A DNA stretch of 46,273 nucleotides. Source: a virus. The translations under genes and the position numbers were made by a program. The stretch is taken from positions 1-46,273 of the IMG/VR virus record IMGVR_UViG_3300005825_000078; one strand, written 5' to 3'. The notes beneath the pieces were generated by a model. It did not search any database. It was not told the DNA's origin and saw only the letters and a program-made list of their open reading frames with translations. This document shows, one piece after another, positions 1 through 6,825 of the stretch; the stretch's first letter is position 1; the number at the start of each line of letters is the position of its first letter.

Positions 1-120
1 CTGCAACGCCGCCTCCAGCGCGAGGATGCGCTGCTCCAGTGCGGTTGATTCCTTGCGAGTACGGGCCATGAGAACCTCGATGCCGTTCTCCACCGTCCGC
101 GCACGTTCTCGTGGCACTCC
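1..120. repeat. Terminal direct repeat, copy 1 (identical to 46154..46273)
   Basis: The first 120 nt match the last 120 nt of the window base for base. The repeat lies inside a minus-strand ORF. Confidence 0.95.
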
Positions 121-162
121 GTAAGCGGCTAACACTGAGAACATTCTGTCTATGTCGCTCAT
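1..162 (-). CDS. Hypothetical protein, 5' part of a gene that wraps the window ends (continues at 46153..46007; 102 aa once the repeat is collapsed)
   Basis: The ATG at 162 overlaps the upstream stop (ATGA at 159-162). The frame runs off position 1 and stays in frame with 46007..46153 (162+147=309 nt). Confidence 0.6.
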   Translation of the reverse strand, partial: MSDIDRMFSVLAAYGVPRERARTVENGIEVLMARTRKESTALEQRILALEAALQ

Positions 163-395
163 CCCGCCTCCCCTTCGTCCGACCAGTCGATGATGAGGAG
201 ATTGCGCTTCTCCTCGAACACGTTGTCGCATTCCTCGCCCCGCTCGATGCGCTCGCGCAGGGTGCAGAGAAGGGCTGCGTCTTGGTTGCGTCTGGACTGC
301 ACGTCGCCATATCCGCGCACGAAGGCGAGCAGCCCTGATTCTTTGACAGTCGCAGCCGCCCGCTCCAACGCCTCGCAGACCTCGGTCTTGGTCAT
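159..395 (-). CDS. Hypothetical small protein (78 aa, MTKTEVCEALERAA...)
   Basis: This uses an internal ATG of ORF 159..707. That ATG forms an ATGA overlap with the stop of the upstream gene at 392-395. Confidence 0.6.
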   Translation of the reverse strand: MTKTEVCEALERAAATVKESGLLAFVRGYGDVQSRRNQDAALLCTLRERIERGEECDNVFEEKRNLLIIDWSDEGEAG

Positions 396-679
396 GACAC
401 CTCCTTTGCTCGGCGGGCTATGGCGTCGCCGTCGTGCTGATGAGTCGGTAGTCCGCACGCGCAATGCGTTCTTGCAATCCGCTCGGCATCCCGATAGCAG
501 AAGGCAGCCAGTTCGCGGAGCAGTTCTTTGGCGTTGCTGTTGAGAAACTTCAGTTCGACACCACCCTCTGGCGACGAAACGCGAGGAAGAATGGTCACTT
601 TCAGAAGCGATGCCAGCCGTTCGATCTCTTCCCGTAGCTCCTTCGGAGCCTTTGCTTGTAGGTCGGTCGGTGGGGTCAT
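392..679 (-). CDS. Hypothetical protein (95 aa from MTPPTDLQ...)
   Basis: ORF 392..712. The ATG at 679 forms an ATGA overlap with the stop of the 45-aa TM ORF. The alternative start is at 712. Confidence 0.6.
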   Translation of the reverse strand: MTPPTDLQAKAPKELREEIERLASLLKVTILPRVSSPEGGVELKFLNSNAKELLRELAAFCYRDAERIARTHCACGLPTHQHDGDAIARRAKEVS

Positions 680-813
680 GGCAGAATTCGATGTACTTGC
701 TTCGCAAGCCATTCCCCGAACTGCGCCAGCGGCAAGATGACTACAACGCTAACCGCTAGTCCGGTAACGGTGATTACCACGAACCACAGATACGCAGATG
801 CAAACTCGCTCAT
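676..813 (-). CDS. Small membrane protein (45 aa, MSEFASAYLWFVVITVTGLAVSVVVILPLAQF...)
   Basis: Hand-translated; it falls below the apparent ~60-aa floor of the ORF track (no listed ORF is shorter than 60 aa). It has ATGA overlaps at both ends (810-813 and 676-679) and one clear hydrophobic helix. Confidence 0.5.
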   Translation of the reverse strand: MSEFASAYLWFVVITVTGLAVSVVVILPLAQFGEWLAKQVHRILP

Positions 814-1016
814 GGCCGGCTCTCCACCCAAAGTTCATAGATCCCGACGCCAAGATGCTTGTGCTTCCAGTTGCACGCCATCCCTTGTACTATCGGATCG
901 GACATTTTAAGCAGAACGTGTTGTAGTTGCTTGCGCGTGATGCGCTCCCGGAACGTGCCAGGGAGCATTGCCCAATGATTCTGACTTGGCTCCCATCCAT
1001 TTTTGCGCTCGCTCAT
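810..1016 (-). CDS. Hypothetical protein (68 aa)
   Basis: ORF track. Its stop is coupled by ATGA to the downstream small ORF. Confidence 0.55.
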   Translation of the reverse strand: MSERKNGWEPSQNHWAMLPGTFRERITRKQLQHVLLKMSDPIVQGMACNWKHKHLGVGIYELWVESRP

Positions 1017-1039
1017 GTCACCTTCTTTCCAATATCGTT

Positions 1040-1456
1040 TTACAGCAGATCTAGTACAGTGGCTGCAAGTAGTTCTTCTTCACTACTCAGGGATTCTGTA
1101 TCTGAATCCCGGGGCCGTTTCATTTCCCCATCCTTCCTCGCCCAACCCCCGAAATACCACGCCGTTGGATATTCGTATGCGATTAAAAACTCCCGCTCCA
1201 ACGCTTCGACCGGCAGCGCACGGTTGTGCTCTTCGTGGGGCAGCCAGAGTGTACCGATTCCGCATTTGTCGCAGAGCCAAGGAGTGAACGTCCATTTACT
1301 CTCAGCGCACTCGACGGCACAACGCGCCCACACTTCACCGCACGCCGGACAACAGAAGGCGGCATGGAACGGGGCGTAGTGCACGCCGTCCTTGAATAGA
1401 TTGTGTATCCTTCCGACGCCGAGAAGACGATCGTGAAGGACGATGAAATAGTTCAT
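1040..1456 (-). CDS. Cys-rich (zinc-binding-like) hypothetical protein, 138 aa
   Basis: ORF track. It has CCPAC...C...C and CDKC clusters. Its start at 1456 forms an ATGA overlap with the upstream 48-aa ORF. Confidence 0.7.
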   Translation of the reverse strand: MNYFIVLHDRLLGVGRIHNLFKDGVHYAPFHAAFCCPACGEVWARCAVECAESKWTFTPWLCDKCGIGTLWLPHEEHNRALPVEALEREFLIAYEYPTAWYFGGWARKDGEMKRPRDSDTESLSSEEELLAATVLDLL

Positions 1457-1599
1457 CTGGCGTATACGTTCGAGTGCCGTTGTAGTTTCCGCGCGAGTTT
1501 ACTACCCGCGGGATTCCGTTCGTGCTCTGCTCCGTGTCGAGTCTTCCGACACGTCTTCGCTTCCCTTTGCTTTGGGCGAATTGTGTTGTGCTTGTTCAT
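1453..1599 (-). CDS. Small highly basic protein (48 aa, MNKHNTIRPKQREAKTCRKTRHG...)
   Basis: Hand-translated. A GAGGA motif sits 6 nt upstream of the ATG at 1599. The stop overlaps the next start (ATGA at 1453-1456). Confidence 0.45.
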   Translation of the reverse strand: MNKHNTIRPKQREAKTCRKTRHGAEHERNPAGSKLARKLQRHSNVYAR

Positions 1600-1608
1600 A
1601 TCGTTTCC

Positions 1609-1830
1609 TCAGTTGAAACATGCAATGTCACGATCGCAGTAACCCTTGTCGATGCAGTGCGCAGGTCGTCGACAGGAGGGGTACGGCGCGTAGAGTTCCA
1701 ACGCAGCTCGGGCCTGCTGCATTGTTTGATTTTGATGAACTGCTCCAAGGTTGTTGATTGTGATGTAGTCTGCCGTCTCGAGGTATAGCACTTTCAAAGC
1801 TTCGAGTAGGATTACTTCTCTCGGTGTCAC
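1609..1830 (-). CDS. Hypothetical protein (73 aa, GTG start)
   Basis: The GTG at 1830 forms a GTGA overlap with the nuclease stop. AAGGAGG lies 4 nt upstream. The longer ORF 1609..1929 would overlap the nuclease gene. Confidence 0.55.
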   Translation of the reverse strand: MTPREVILLEALKVLYLETADYITINNLGAVHQNQTMQQARAALELYAPYPSCRRPAHCIDKGYCDRDIACFN

Positions 1831-2756
1831 GCTGCCTCCTTCCACCCTTGCGGGTCCTTCTCCAACGGATTCCAAGAGCGCTTCGTGAAGTTCGACTGCA
1901 ACCGGCGCTCGGGTTCTGTGTTGAAGCACACCTCACGAAAACCGCAACCACCGAACGACGAGCACGCATGATCTTCCGCCATGTCGAAGTAACCTTCCTC
2001 CCACATACGAATCGCGCGTTTAACATCTCGCACGAACTGCAATCGCCACCGCTCAATTCGGTCGGGGAGACGGTAGGTTACGACTTCAACGGGTTTGACC
2101 TCCGTCGCGTACATGCCCATGCCACGTATAATGGCGCCGGCGACTGGGTAGCCGAACTGACGTGCCGCCCAGCAGTAGGTCGTAAACTGTCCCTGAAAGT
2201 CCCATTGATTCGCCCACTGAGCGCCTAGCTGCGACGCGGTTTTCTCATCCACGCAGAAGAGGACGTTTTGAAAACGATGTATGCCGAGCATGTCGAACCG
2301 CCCGGCGACGAGGATTTCGTCTCCCGTAACGGGATGCTTAAGACTAGGATCGATCGGAATTGCGAAGGTGAATTCAATGCAGTAGTTTCCGGCCGTTTGA
2401 AACGGGATAAGGTAGTCGCTGCCAAGCTTGTATGTTTGAAAATACACAGCCAGCGCTTCGAGCATCCGGTCGAATCGTTTATTCTTATACCGATCGTCCG
2501 GCTCGAATGTGCCGTAGTATTCAATTAACCTCTGCGCGCCCAAGCCGAGCGATACTTCCGGCGATAGCCCGTCGGACCAGAAGCTCCGTCGAGTCGTTTC
2601 AATCGCTGCTGCGAACGCGCCACCGGCGTGTAGATGGACGTTAGGTTGAGCTGGCGCCCACCCTTCGATAAAGCTGCGTTGGAGTTTCCGGGGACACTCG
2701 ACGAGGGTTCCTCGCATCGTGTTGTCCCAGATCAGCGGGAAGTTTGGTCGGTTCAT
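1827..2756 (-). CDS. Cas4/RecB-like PD-(D/E)XK exonuclease with a Cys cluster (309 aa)
   Basis: It has an N-terminal Cys (VECPRK), a GRFDMLG...CVDEKT (D...ExK) core and a C-terminal C-x5-C-x5-C (HACSSFGGCGFREVC). The RBS is GAAAGGACTAACAATG. Confidence 0.75.
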   Translation of the reverse strand: MNRPNFPLIWDNTMRGTLVECPRKLQRSFIEGWAPAQPNVHLHAGGAFAAAIETTRRSFWSDGLSPEVSLGLGAQRLIEYYGTFEPDDRYKNKRFDRMLEALAVYFQTYKLGSDYLIPFQTAGNYCIEFTFAIPIDPSLKHPVTGDEILVAGRFDMLGIHRFQNVLFCVDEKTASQLGAQWANQWDFQGQFTTYCWAARQFGYPVAGAIIRGMGMYATEVKPVEVVTYRLPDRIERWRLQFVRDVKRAIRMWEEGYFDMAEDHACSSFGGCGFREVCFNTEPERRLQSNFTKRSWNPLEKDPQGWKEAA

Positions 2757-3009
2757 TGTTAGTCCTTTCGGTATACTGTTCTGCCGGCTCGTTTAAACCC
2801 GACAGTTTGCGCATCCATATGCGCGGGTAGGTGTGCGGACCTAGATCGACGAACTCTGTGAACATAAGCCGTGCGCAGTACTCGCATTTAAGTTTCTGAA
2901 AGAACACGCCCTGCACGCGTCGTATTCGCCCTGCTAGCGTATTCGCTGCGCCGCTACAGCAGTAGTGCACTGCGAACGCCATATCGCCTTTACTTGGAAG
3001 GTTATTCAC
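2641..3009 (-). CDS. Hypothetical Cys-containing protein (122 aa; last ~38 aa overlap the nuclease gene out of frame)
   Basis: ORF track. The start is GTG at 3009, with GGAGGA 6 nt upstream. It has CC...CEYC motifs. The ORF runs 116 nt into the downstream gene. Confidence 0.55.
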   Translation of the reverse strand: MNNLPSKGDMAFAVHYCCSGAANTLAGRIRRVQGVFFQKLKCEYCARLMFTEFVDLGPHTYPRIWMRKLSGLNEPAEQYTERTNNEPTKLPADLGQHDARNPRRVSPETPTQLYRRVGASST

Positions 3010-3030
3010 GTCTAATCCTCCATAAGAGGG

Positions 3031-3101
3031 AGCCGCTCCACGTCCATAGGGGAAAGGACTAGTAAACCCTATCTACGGGAGTAGTTCGAACGGGAGCGGC
3101 T
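3031..3101 (-). other. Nested RNA hairpin in an intergenic spacer
   Basis: A perfect 9-bp outer stem (3031-3039 AGCCGCTCC pairing with 3093-3101 GGAGCGGCT) encloses a 6-bp inner stem (3046-3051 with 3067-3072). Confidence 0.5.
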
Positions 3102-3106
3102 GTTTG

Positions 3107-3343
3107 TTAAAAGTCGAGCAGTGCGTCGTCGGCGGCTTTCTTCTCCGACTTCGTTTCACCACTCGCCTTTGCCCGAGTCCTCGTTTCCAACGCTTCCTTC
3201 CGCGCGTTGGGCAGCGCGGCGATTGCGGCGTGAAGAGTCTCCGGCGTTATTTCGTACGGCGGAGCTTCGCCGCGTTCGCGCGCGGATTTGTTCGCGAGTA
3301 CTTTGCTGCGAAGATCGTTGAGATCGATCGAAACCTGTTCCAT
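3107..3343 (-). CDS. Hypothetical protein (78 aa)
   Basis: ORF track. The conserved GAAAGGAC RBS lies 7 nt upstream of the ATG at 3343. Confidence 0.7.
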   Translation of the reverse strand: MEQVSIDLNDLRSKVLANKSARERGEAPPYEITPETLHAAIAALPNARKEALETRTRAKASGETKSEKKAADDALLDF

Positions 3344-3462
3344 TGCTTCAGTCCTTTCCTGATGAGTATTTCAATCAACGGCGCGATGATGAAAATGAAA
3401 AGCACCACGGCGACGAAGAGTACGGCGAGTAGGTCTAACGCGTCTCTTAGTGGGTATCTCAT
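3247..3462 (-). CDS. Small membrane protein candidate (71 aa; N-terminal TM helix; tail overlaps the next gene)
   Basis: ORF track. It has the hydrophobic stretch LLAVLFVAVVLFIFIIAPLI. The last 97 nt overlap 3107..3343 out of frame. Confidence 0.4.
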   Translation of the reverse strand: MRYPLRDALDLLAVLFVAVVLFIFIIAPLIEILIRKGLKQWNRFRSISTIFAAKYSRTNPRANAAKLRRTK

Positions 3463-3512
3463 TTGATCCTCTTCACAATGGTAGCGCGCGGGAGGTCACA
3501 TGGCAAGGGAGG

Positions 3513-3704
3513 TTATAAATCCCCCGGTCGTTTCTCTGCCTTCGTCAACCACTCTTCCAACAAACCAGAGACTAAACGACTCCACGCACCGTGCGGGAGT
3601 TTATCACTCAAGCGGTCGGTCAACTGCGCGTTGACGCGTTTTATCACACTCGACGGAATTGAGAGTGTCTTTTCCACCGGCCGATCGATGCGTGGAGTTC
3701 TCAT
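3513..3704 (-). CDS. Ribbon-helix-helix-like DNA-binding protein candidate (63 aa)
   Basis: The N-terminal beta-strand-like KTLSIPSSVIKRV segment followed by two helices resembles the Arc/CopG pattern. This was judged by eye only. Confidence 0.5.
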   Translation of the reverse strand: MRTPRIDRPVEKTLSIPSSVIKRVNAQLTDRLSDKLPHGAWSRLVSGLLEEWLTKAEKRPGDL

Positions 3705-3713
3705 GCTACGCTC

Positions 3714-4019
3714 CTACTTGTGTTTCGCGATGTGAACAGACAGCCAGCGCCATCTGCGGTAGTTGTATCCCGGCGGTGGCGTTTCCCCGCACACCGGGCA
3801 CTTCGCCCTAAGGCCGTAGTTCCTCCCTGCGTGGACCGGTTCGAAGGATCGCGCCCACCCCGTCGGTAAGTACGGCGAAAGAAAGTCCGTGGCCTCGTGC
3901 GTAAGTTTCGAGCCAGCACGCGACGTAGCCCGCCGCGAACGCGATACTGTCTGACGCTGTGCTTGTTTGCTGTTTACCAACTTTACTAACTTTACCAACT
4001 TGAGTGCGCTTCTTCGCAT
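3714..4019 (-). CDS. Hypothetical protein with C-terminal CPVCG...H...H zinc motif (start uncertain)
   Basis: ORF track. The 3' half is strongly G/C-rich at third codon positions. It overlaps 3808..4086 by 212 nt in another frame. Confidence 0.45.
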   Translation of the reverse strand: MRRSALKLVKLVKLVNSKQAQRQTVSRSRRATSRAGSKLTHEATDFLSPYLPTGWARSFEPVHAGRNYGLRAKCPVCGETPPPGYNYRRWRWLSVHIAKHK

Positions 4020-4086
4020 GACGCTCCTTTAAAATTGCGGATATTCGACGTCTGCCTTTTGGCGTTTGCGTCCAGTGCTTAGCCAT
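3808..4086 (-). CDS. Hypothetical basic protein (92 aa; real 3' end uncertain)
   Basis: ORF track. The start overlaps the stop of 4079..4312 by 8 nt. The N-terminus is MAKHWTQTPKGRRRISAILKERHAKKR. Confidence 0.45.
   Translation of the reverse strand: MAKHWTQTPKGRRRISAILKERHAKKRTQVGKVSKVGKQQTSTASDSIAFAAGYVACWLETYARGHGLSFAVLTDGVGAILRTGPRREELRP
3973..3999. repeat. Three tandem 9-bp units (TTTACCAAC/TTTACTAAC/TTTACCAAC)
   Basis: Read directly. The units encode VGKVSKVGK or LVKLVKLV, depending on which overlapping frame is used. Confidence 0.9.
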
Positions 4087-4312
4087 CGTCGCGTATCCTT
4101 TCGCGTAGTACGACTGACGTTTGTCCGAAGAAGTCCGCCAATGCCTTTAGCTGCTCGGTGTCGAGGTAGAGAAAGACGCTGCTGGCGGGATCGTCGCCGT
4201 TCGCGGGCGAATAGATGTGGACGTGTGCCCACGCATCGCCATTGTTCTGTACTGCGTAGACGACGTCGTTGTCGATAATGATCGCACCGAGGGGTTTTAC
4301 GAGCTCTTCCAT
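4079..4312 (-). CDS. Hypothetical acidic protein (77 aa)
   Basis: ORF track. The RBS is GAAAGGACTAACAATG, identical to the one at 2756. Confidence 0.7.
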   Translation of the reverse strand: MEELVKPLGAIIIDNDVVYAVQNNGDAWAHVHIYSPANGDDPASSVFLYLDTEQLKALADFFGQTSVVLRERIRDDG

Positions 4313-4314
4313 TG

Positions 4315-4980
4315 TTAGTCCTTTCTAACTTGTATCGCATTTACCGTGTAGAACTCCCCGTGCTGCTTCACGCGCATGTCGAGTGCTGCGTTACAGAGCA
4401 TGGCGATATGCGACGTCTCTTGCACATACGCATTCAGCGGGAGGTCGAACTGCACGGGAAAGTGCTCTTCTAACGCGAAACATCGCGGGCACTCCGGGAT
4501 CGTGTCGAACGCGAGCGTATCGACTTCGCGGGGTAAGCCGTGCTGATAGTCACTTATCCGCCCGACGATACGCTTGTGCGACACGGCGTTTGTGCGAATG
4601 TGCCGTTCGGTGAGAAACACGCCGATGGATTGCACTTCCTCCGCCCCGCAACATTTGCAACGTACGACCGCCTGTCCAAGCGTGACGGCAACGGGCTTCC
4701 ACGCTTCGAGACGCTTGGCTTCCTCGTTGAGTCCGTCCAACAAGTCCGCGAACTCGTCGTCGGGCGCGAAGGACGTACGCGGCTTCTGAAACTTCTGCTT
4801 CGCCGGTACGCCTTTCGCCTTCGGCTTCTTTGCTGTTGAAATCAACGCGTCCCACTCGTCGACGTCTACGCCTTTATGCCGTTGATCGATCCTGGCGTAT
4901 GACGTCCACGTACGACTCTCGCGCTTCTCGTTTGTAAACTTCTCGTCGGTCGGAATCAGATCGTCGAAATCTTCACTCAT
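4315..4980 (-). CDS. Hypothetical protein with CxxC...CxxC zinc-ribbon-like motifs (221 aa from MSEDFDD)
   Basis: This uses an internal ATG of ORF 4315..5103. The ATG at 4980 overlaps the stop of 4973..5236 by 8 nt. It has CKCCG and CPRC motifs. Confidence 0.7.
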   Translation of the reverse strand: MSEDFDDLIPTDEKFTNEKRESRTWTSYARIDQRHKGVDVDEWDALISTAKKPKAKGVPAKQKFQKPRTSFAPDDEFADLLDGLNEEAKRLEAWKPVAVTLGQAVVRCKCCGAEEVQSIGVFLTERHIRTNAVSHKRIVGRISDYQHGLPREVDTLAFDTIPECPRCFALEEHFPVQFDLPLNAYVQETSHIAMLCNAALDMRVKQHGEFYTVNAIQVRKD

Positions 4981-5236
4981 CGCTGGCCTCCGACATGTGG
5001 GTATTAGCGATGCAGCTGAGGAAGAAGTAGTCGTTCGACACTGCAACGTCCGGGGTGACGAGTAATGCGCCGTGTAGAATATACACGATTTGCATCCAGT
5101 CACTTCGTGTAACCGCTGCGTGCCAACGGCGCAGGATGTACCGCTCGACGAATAGTTCTGACTCCGTCTTGTTGTGGAGTCTTTTTAGTATATCGACGGC
5201 ACTCATGGGCTGAATTGTACCTACGACGACGCCCAT
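4973..5236 (-). CDS. Hypothetical protein (87 aa from MGVVVGT)
   Basis: ORF 4973..5260. GGGAG lies 6 nt upstream of the ATG at 5236, which sits 1 nt after the upstream stop. Confidence 0.6.
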   Translation of the reverse strand: MGVVVGTIQPMSAVDILKRLHNKTESELFVERYILRRWHAAVTRSDWMQIVYILHGALLVTPDVAVSNDYFFLSCIANTHMSEASDE

Positions 5237-5237
5237 G

Positions 5238-5447
5238 TTAGACTCCCGCGAGTGGATCAACTGCGCCGACGGCGGTTCCGACTGGCTCGACTGTCACGAT
5301 GATAACCGCGGGTGGTTGTGGCGCTTCGTGGCCGGTGATGAAGACGTGTTGGCTAATGTAGAGTGTGTCGATCCCACTCATCGGCTGCGCAGATTCGAAG
5401 ACGAATGTACGCTTCGTCGCGCGTTTGAAATTCATCTGCACTTTCAT
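5238..5447 (-). CDS. Hypothetical protein (69 aa)
   Basis: ORF track. The RBS GAAAGGACTGACA lies directly before the ATG. Confidence 0.65.
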   Translation of the reverse strand: MKVQMNFKRATKRTFVFESAQPMSGIDTLYISQHVFITGHEAPQPPAVIIVTVEPVGTAVGAVDPLAGV

Positions 5448-5485
5448 TGTCAGTCCTTTCGTTGGTTGTACTACGAGTACTGCAA

Positions 5486-5686
5486 TTATTTCGTGTAGTC
5501 CATCTCCGTGCGTACCAGCTTCACGTTTTCAATCGTGATCCCGCGAAGCTTCGCGTTGCTAATGTCACGCTTGGCTCCATCACGTGCGAGCGTCAGCCCG
5601 ACATCGACGAAGGCACGGAGTTCCTTCAGCGTGACTCCTGTTGGTTTGTATAGCTTCAGTGCGAAGGTTACAACTGCGCGAGCCAT
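5486..5686 (-). CDS. Hypothetical protein (66 aa)
   Basis: ORF track. TAAGGAG lies upstream of the ATG at 5686. The gene is downstream of the promoter at 5744-5772. Confidence 0.65.
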   Translation of the reverse strand: MARAVVTFALKLYKPTGVTLKELRAFVDVGLTLARDGAKRDISNAKLRGITIENVKLVRTEMDYTK

Positions 5687-5743
5687 TGTTTCGCTCCTTA
5701 GTCTTTTCGTTTGCGGTCCTCTGGGATGGAGGACTACCCTGGG

Positions 5744-5772
5744 ATTATCGCATATCCAAGGGGAGTGGGCAA
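5744..5772 (-). promoter_or_regulatory. Sigma70-type promoter (TTGCCC-17 nt-GATAAT), leftward
   Basis: The reverse complement of 5744..5772 reads TTGCCC, then a 17-nt spacer, then GATAAT. It lies about 60 nt upstream of the ATG at 5686. Confidence 0.6.
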
Positions 5773-5834
5773 GCGATTTCTGCTCTACGCGTATTGAATG
5801 TTTTTATCCCGTGGCCCTCGGCGCTAATGGCAAT

Positions 5835-6509
5835 TCAGAAGTCCATATCACCTTTCGGCTTCACGCCCAACTCCGCTTTCGCCTTGCACTGCGCGCTGCA
5901 GTAGTCGCCGAAGTTAAAGTTCTCCGGCAGGTCTGTCCAGTATACGCCGCCACAGCGAGCGCACTTAGCGGTTGGACGAGCGGAGGGTAAACGCTCCTGG
6001 GATTCAGGAACTGAATTCCCGGGTTGTTTATCCTCCACGCTTCGTTTCCCGGGCGTGAAGCCAAGCATGGAAAGGACTTCGTCTTGTAGTTCTTGCGTTC
6101 GCTTTACAAGTGGCGCTTCACTCGGTTCTTCGGCTCTAGCTTCCGCTACGGCTGTTCGAATAGCCTCACGCTCCAATAACGACGGCGCTATTCCAACTGG
6201 CACGCCGTCTTCGGTGAACGATACTTCCATATGGGGCTCTAGTACGACGTACCACGATCCGCCAAGTTCTTTCACTAAATGCGCATAACCACACGCATTA
6301 TTAAACTTCCCCCTAATGTCGAATAGTATAGCGTCGTCGGGCTGATCTCTCAGCGTCTTTTCCATGGCACGACGAAGACCGTACAGGCGTAAACGCAGTG
6401 CCATTGCTGCACGTTTGCTTCCGCAGTTGATCTTTTTCAGTACGAAACCCGTCTCGTATATACTTAGCAGCTCCGAGGGGTATGATTCGATGTACTTAGA
6501 TGTGCTCAC
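5835..6509 (-). CDS. Hypothetical protein with C-terminal CxxC...YCSxxC (FCS/TRASH-like) zinc motif
   Basis: ORF 5835..6566. I prefer the GTG at 6509 (GGAG 7 nt upstream) over the TTG at 6566. The C-terminus reads KCARCGG...DYCSAQC. Confidence 0.65.
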   Translation of the reverse strand: MSTSKYIESYPSELLSIYETGFVLKKINCGSKRAAMALRLRLYGLRRAMEKTLRDQPDDAILFDIRGKFNNACGYAHLVKELGGSWYVVLEPHMEVSFTEDGVPVGIAPSLLEREAIRTAVAEARAEEPSEAPLVKRTQELQDEVLSMLGFTPGKRSVEDKQPGNSVPESQERLPSARPTAKCARCGGVYWTDLPENFNFGDYCSAQCKAKAELGVKPKGDMDF

Positions 6510-6570
6510 GTGGTAGCTCCGGGGAAAGGAAAGTGGTAGTGTGGCATGGGGGAAGGGACGTGGCAAGAGA

Positions 6571-6610
6571 TATTTCCCCCTATTTCCCCCGTTATTCCCC
6601 TATTTCTCCT
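6571..6610. repeat. Four tandem 10-bp units (TATTTCCCCC, TATTTCCCCC, GTTATTCCCC, TATTTCTCCT)
   Basis: Read directly. The period is 10 bp, and the array sits immediately upstream of a weak -35/-10 pair (TTGCCA-17 nt-CACACT) for gene 5835..6509. Confidence 0.9.
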
Positions 6611-6617
6611 AACGACG

Positions 6618-6644
6618 AAAAAAGGGGTTAGGGGGTAATCCCCC
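6618..6644 (-). terminator. Possible intrinsic terminator (GGGGG-ATTA-CCCCC hairpin, then a T6 run 7 nt downstream)
   Basis: The minus strand reads GGGGGATTACCCCCTAACCCCTTTTTT. Confidence 0.4.
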
Positions 6645-6667
6645 ACATCAACGCGCTGCAAATGGCA

Positions 6668-6715
6668 TACGTGTAAACCGAATACATGTGTACGTAAATC
6701 GAATACATATGTGTA
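6668..6715. repeat. Two direct ~22-bp repeats (TACGT(GT)AAAYCGAATACAT(AT)GTG)
   Basis: Read directly. CGAATACATGTGTA lies at 6679-6692 and CGAATACATATGTGTA at 6700-6715. Confidence 0.85.
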
Positions 6716-6760
6716 TTAAATTAAAAAAACTTAAAAAAAAAATCACGTATATATAAGACT
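6716..6760. other. AT-rich tract (A7 and A10 runs, TATATATA)
   Basis: It reads TTAAATTAAAAAAACTTAAAAAAAAAATCACGTATATATAAG. This is the most AT-rich stretch I saw in the window. Confidence 0.85.
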
Positions 6761-6783
6761 CCGATTTAGTTTTGGCGTGGTGT

Positions 6784-6812
6784 GGGGGGTTTGCCCCGGA
6801 CCCCCCTTTTTT
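6784..6812 (+). terminator. Plus-strand terminator-like hairpin (G6...C6 followed by T6) with no plus-strand gene upstream
   Basis: It reads GGGGGGTTTGCCCCGGACCCCCCTTTTTT. Confidence 0.45.
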
Positions 6813-6825
6813 GCGGTTAGGAGAC

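Noticed and set aside
1-120. The 120-nt repeat as a genuine T7-like direct terminal repeat or an att/duplication site.
   Set aside because: The repeat interrupts an ORF that becomes continuous when the ends are joined. This favours an assembly overlap of a circular or permuted genome. It cannot be fully excluded without read-end data (see finding).
3080-3092. A T-loop-like GTTCGAA sequence that suggested a tRNA.
   Set aside because: The flanks do not form a T-arm, and no acceptor, D or anticodon arms can be drawn. The sequence is part of the interior of the nested hairpin. I found no convincing tRNA anywhere in the window.
3513-3704. The RHH protein as evidence for a lysogeny or toxin-antitoxin module.
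   Set aside because: No integrase, excisionase, CI/Cro-like pair or adjacent toxin-like gene could be identified. A single RHH-like ORF is not enough, and the phage is more likely virulent.
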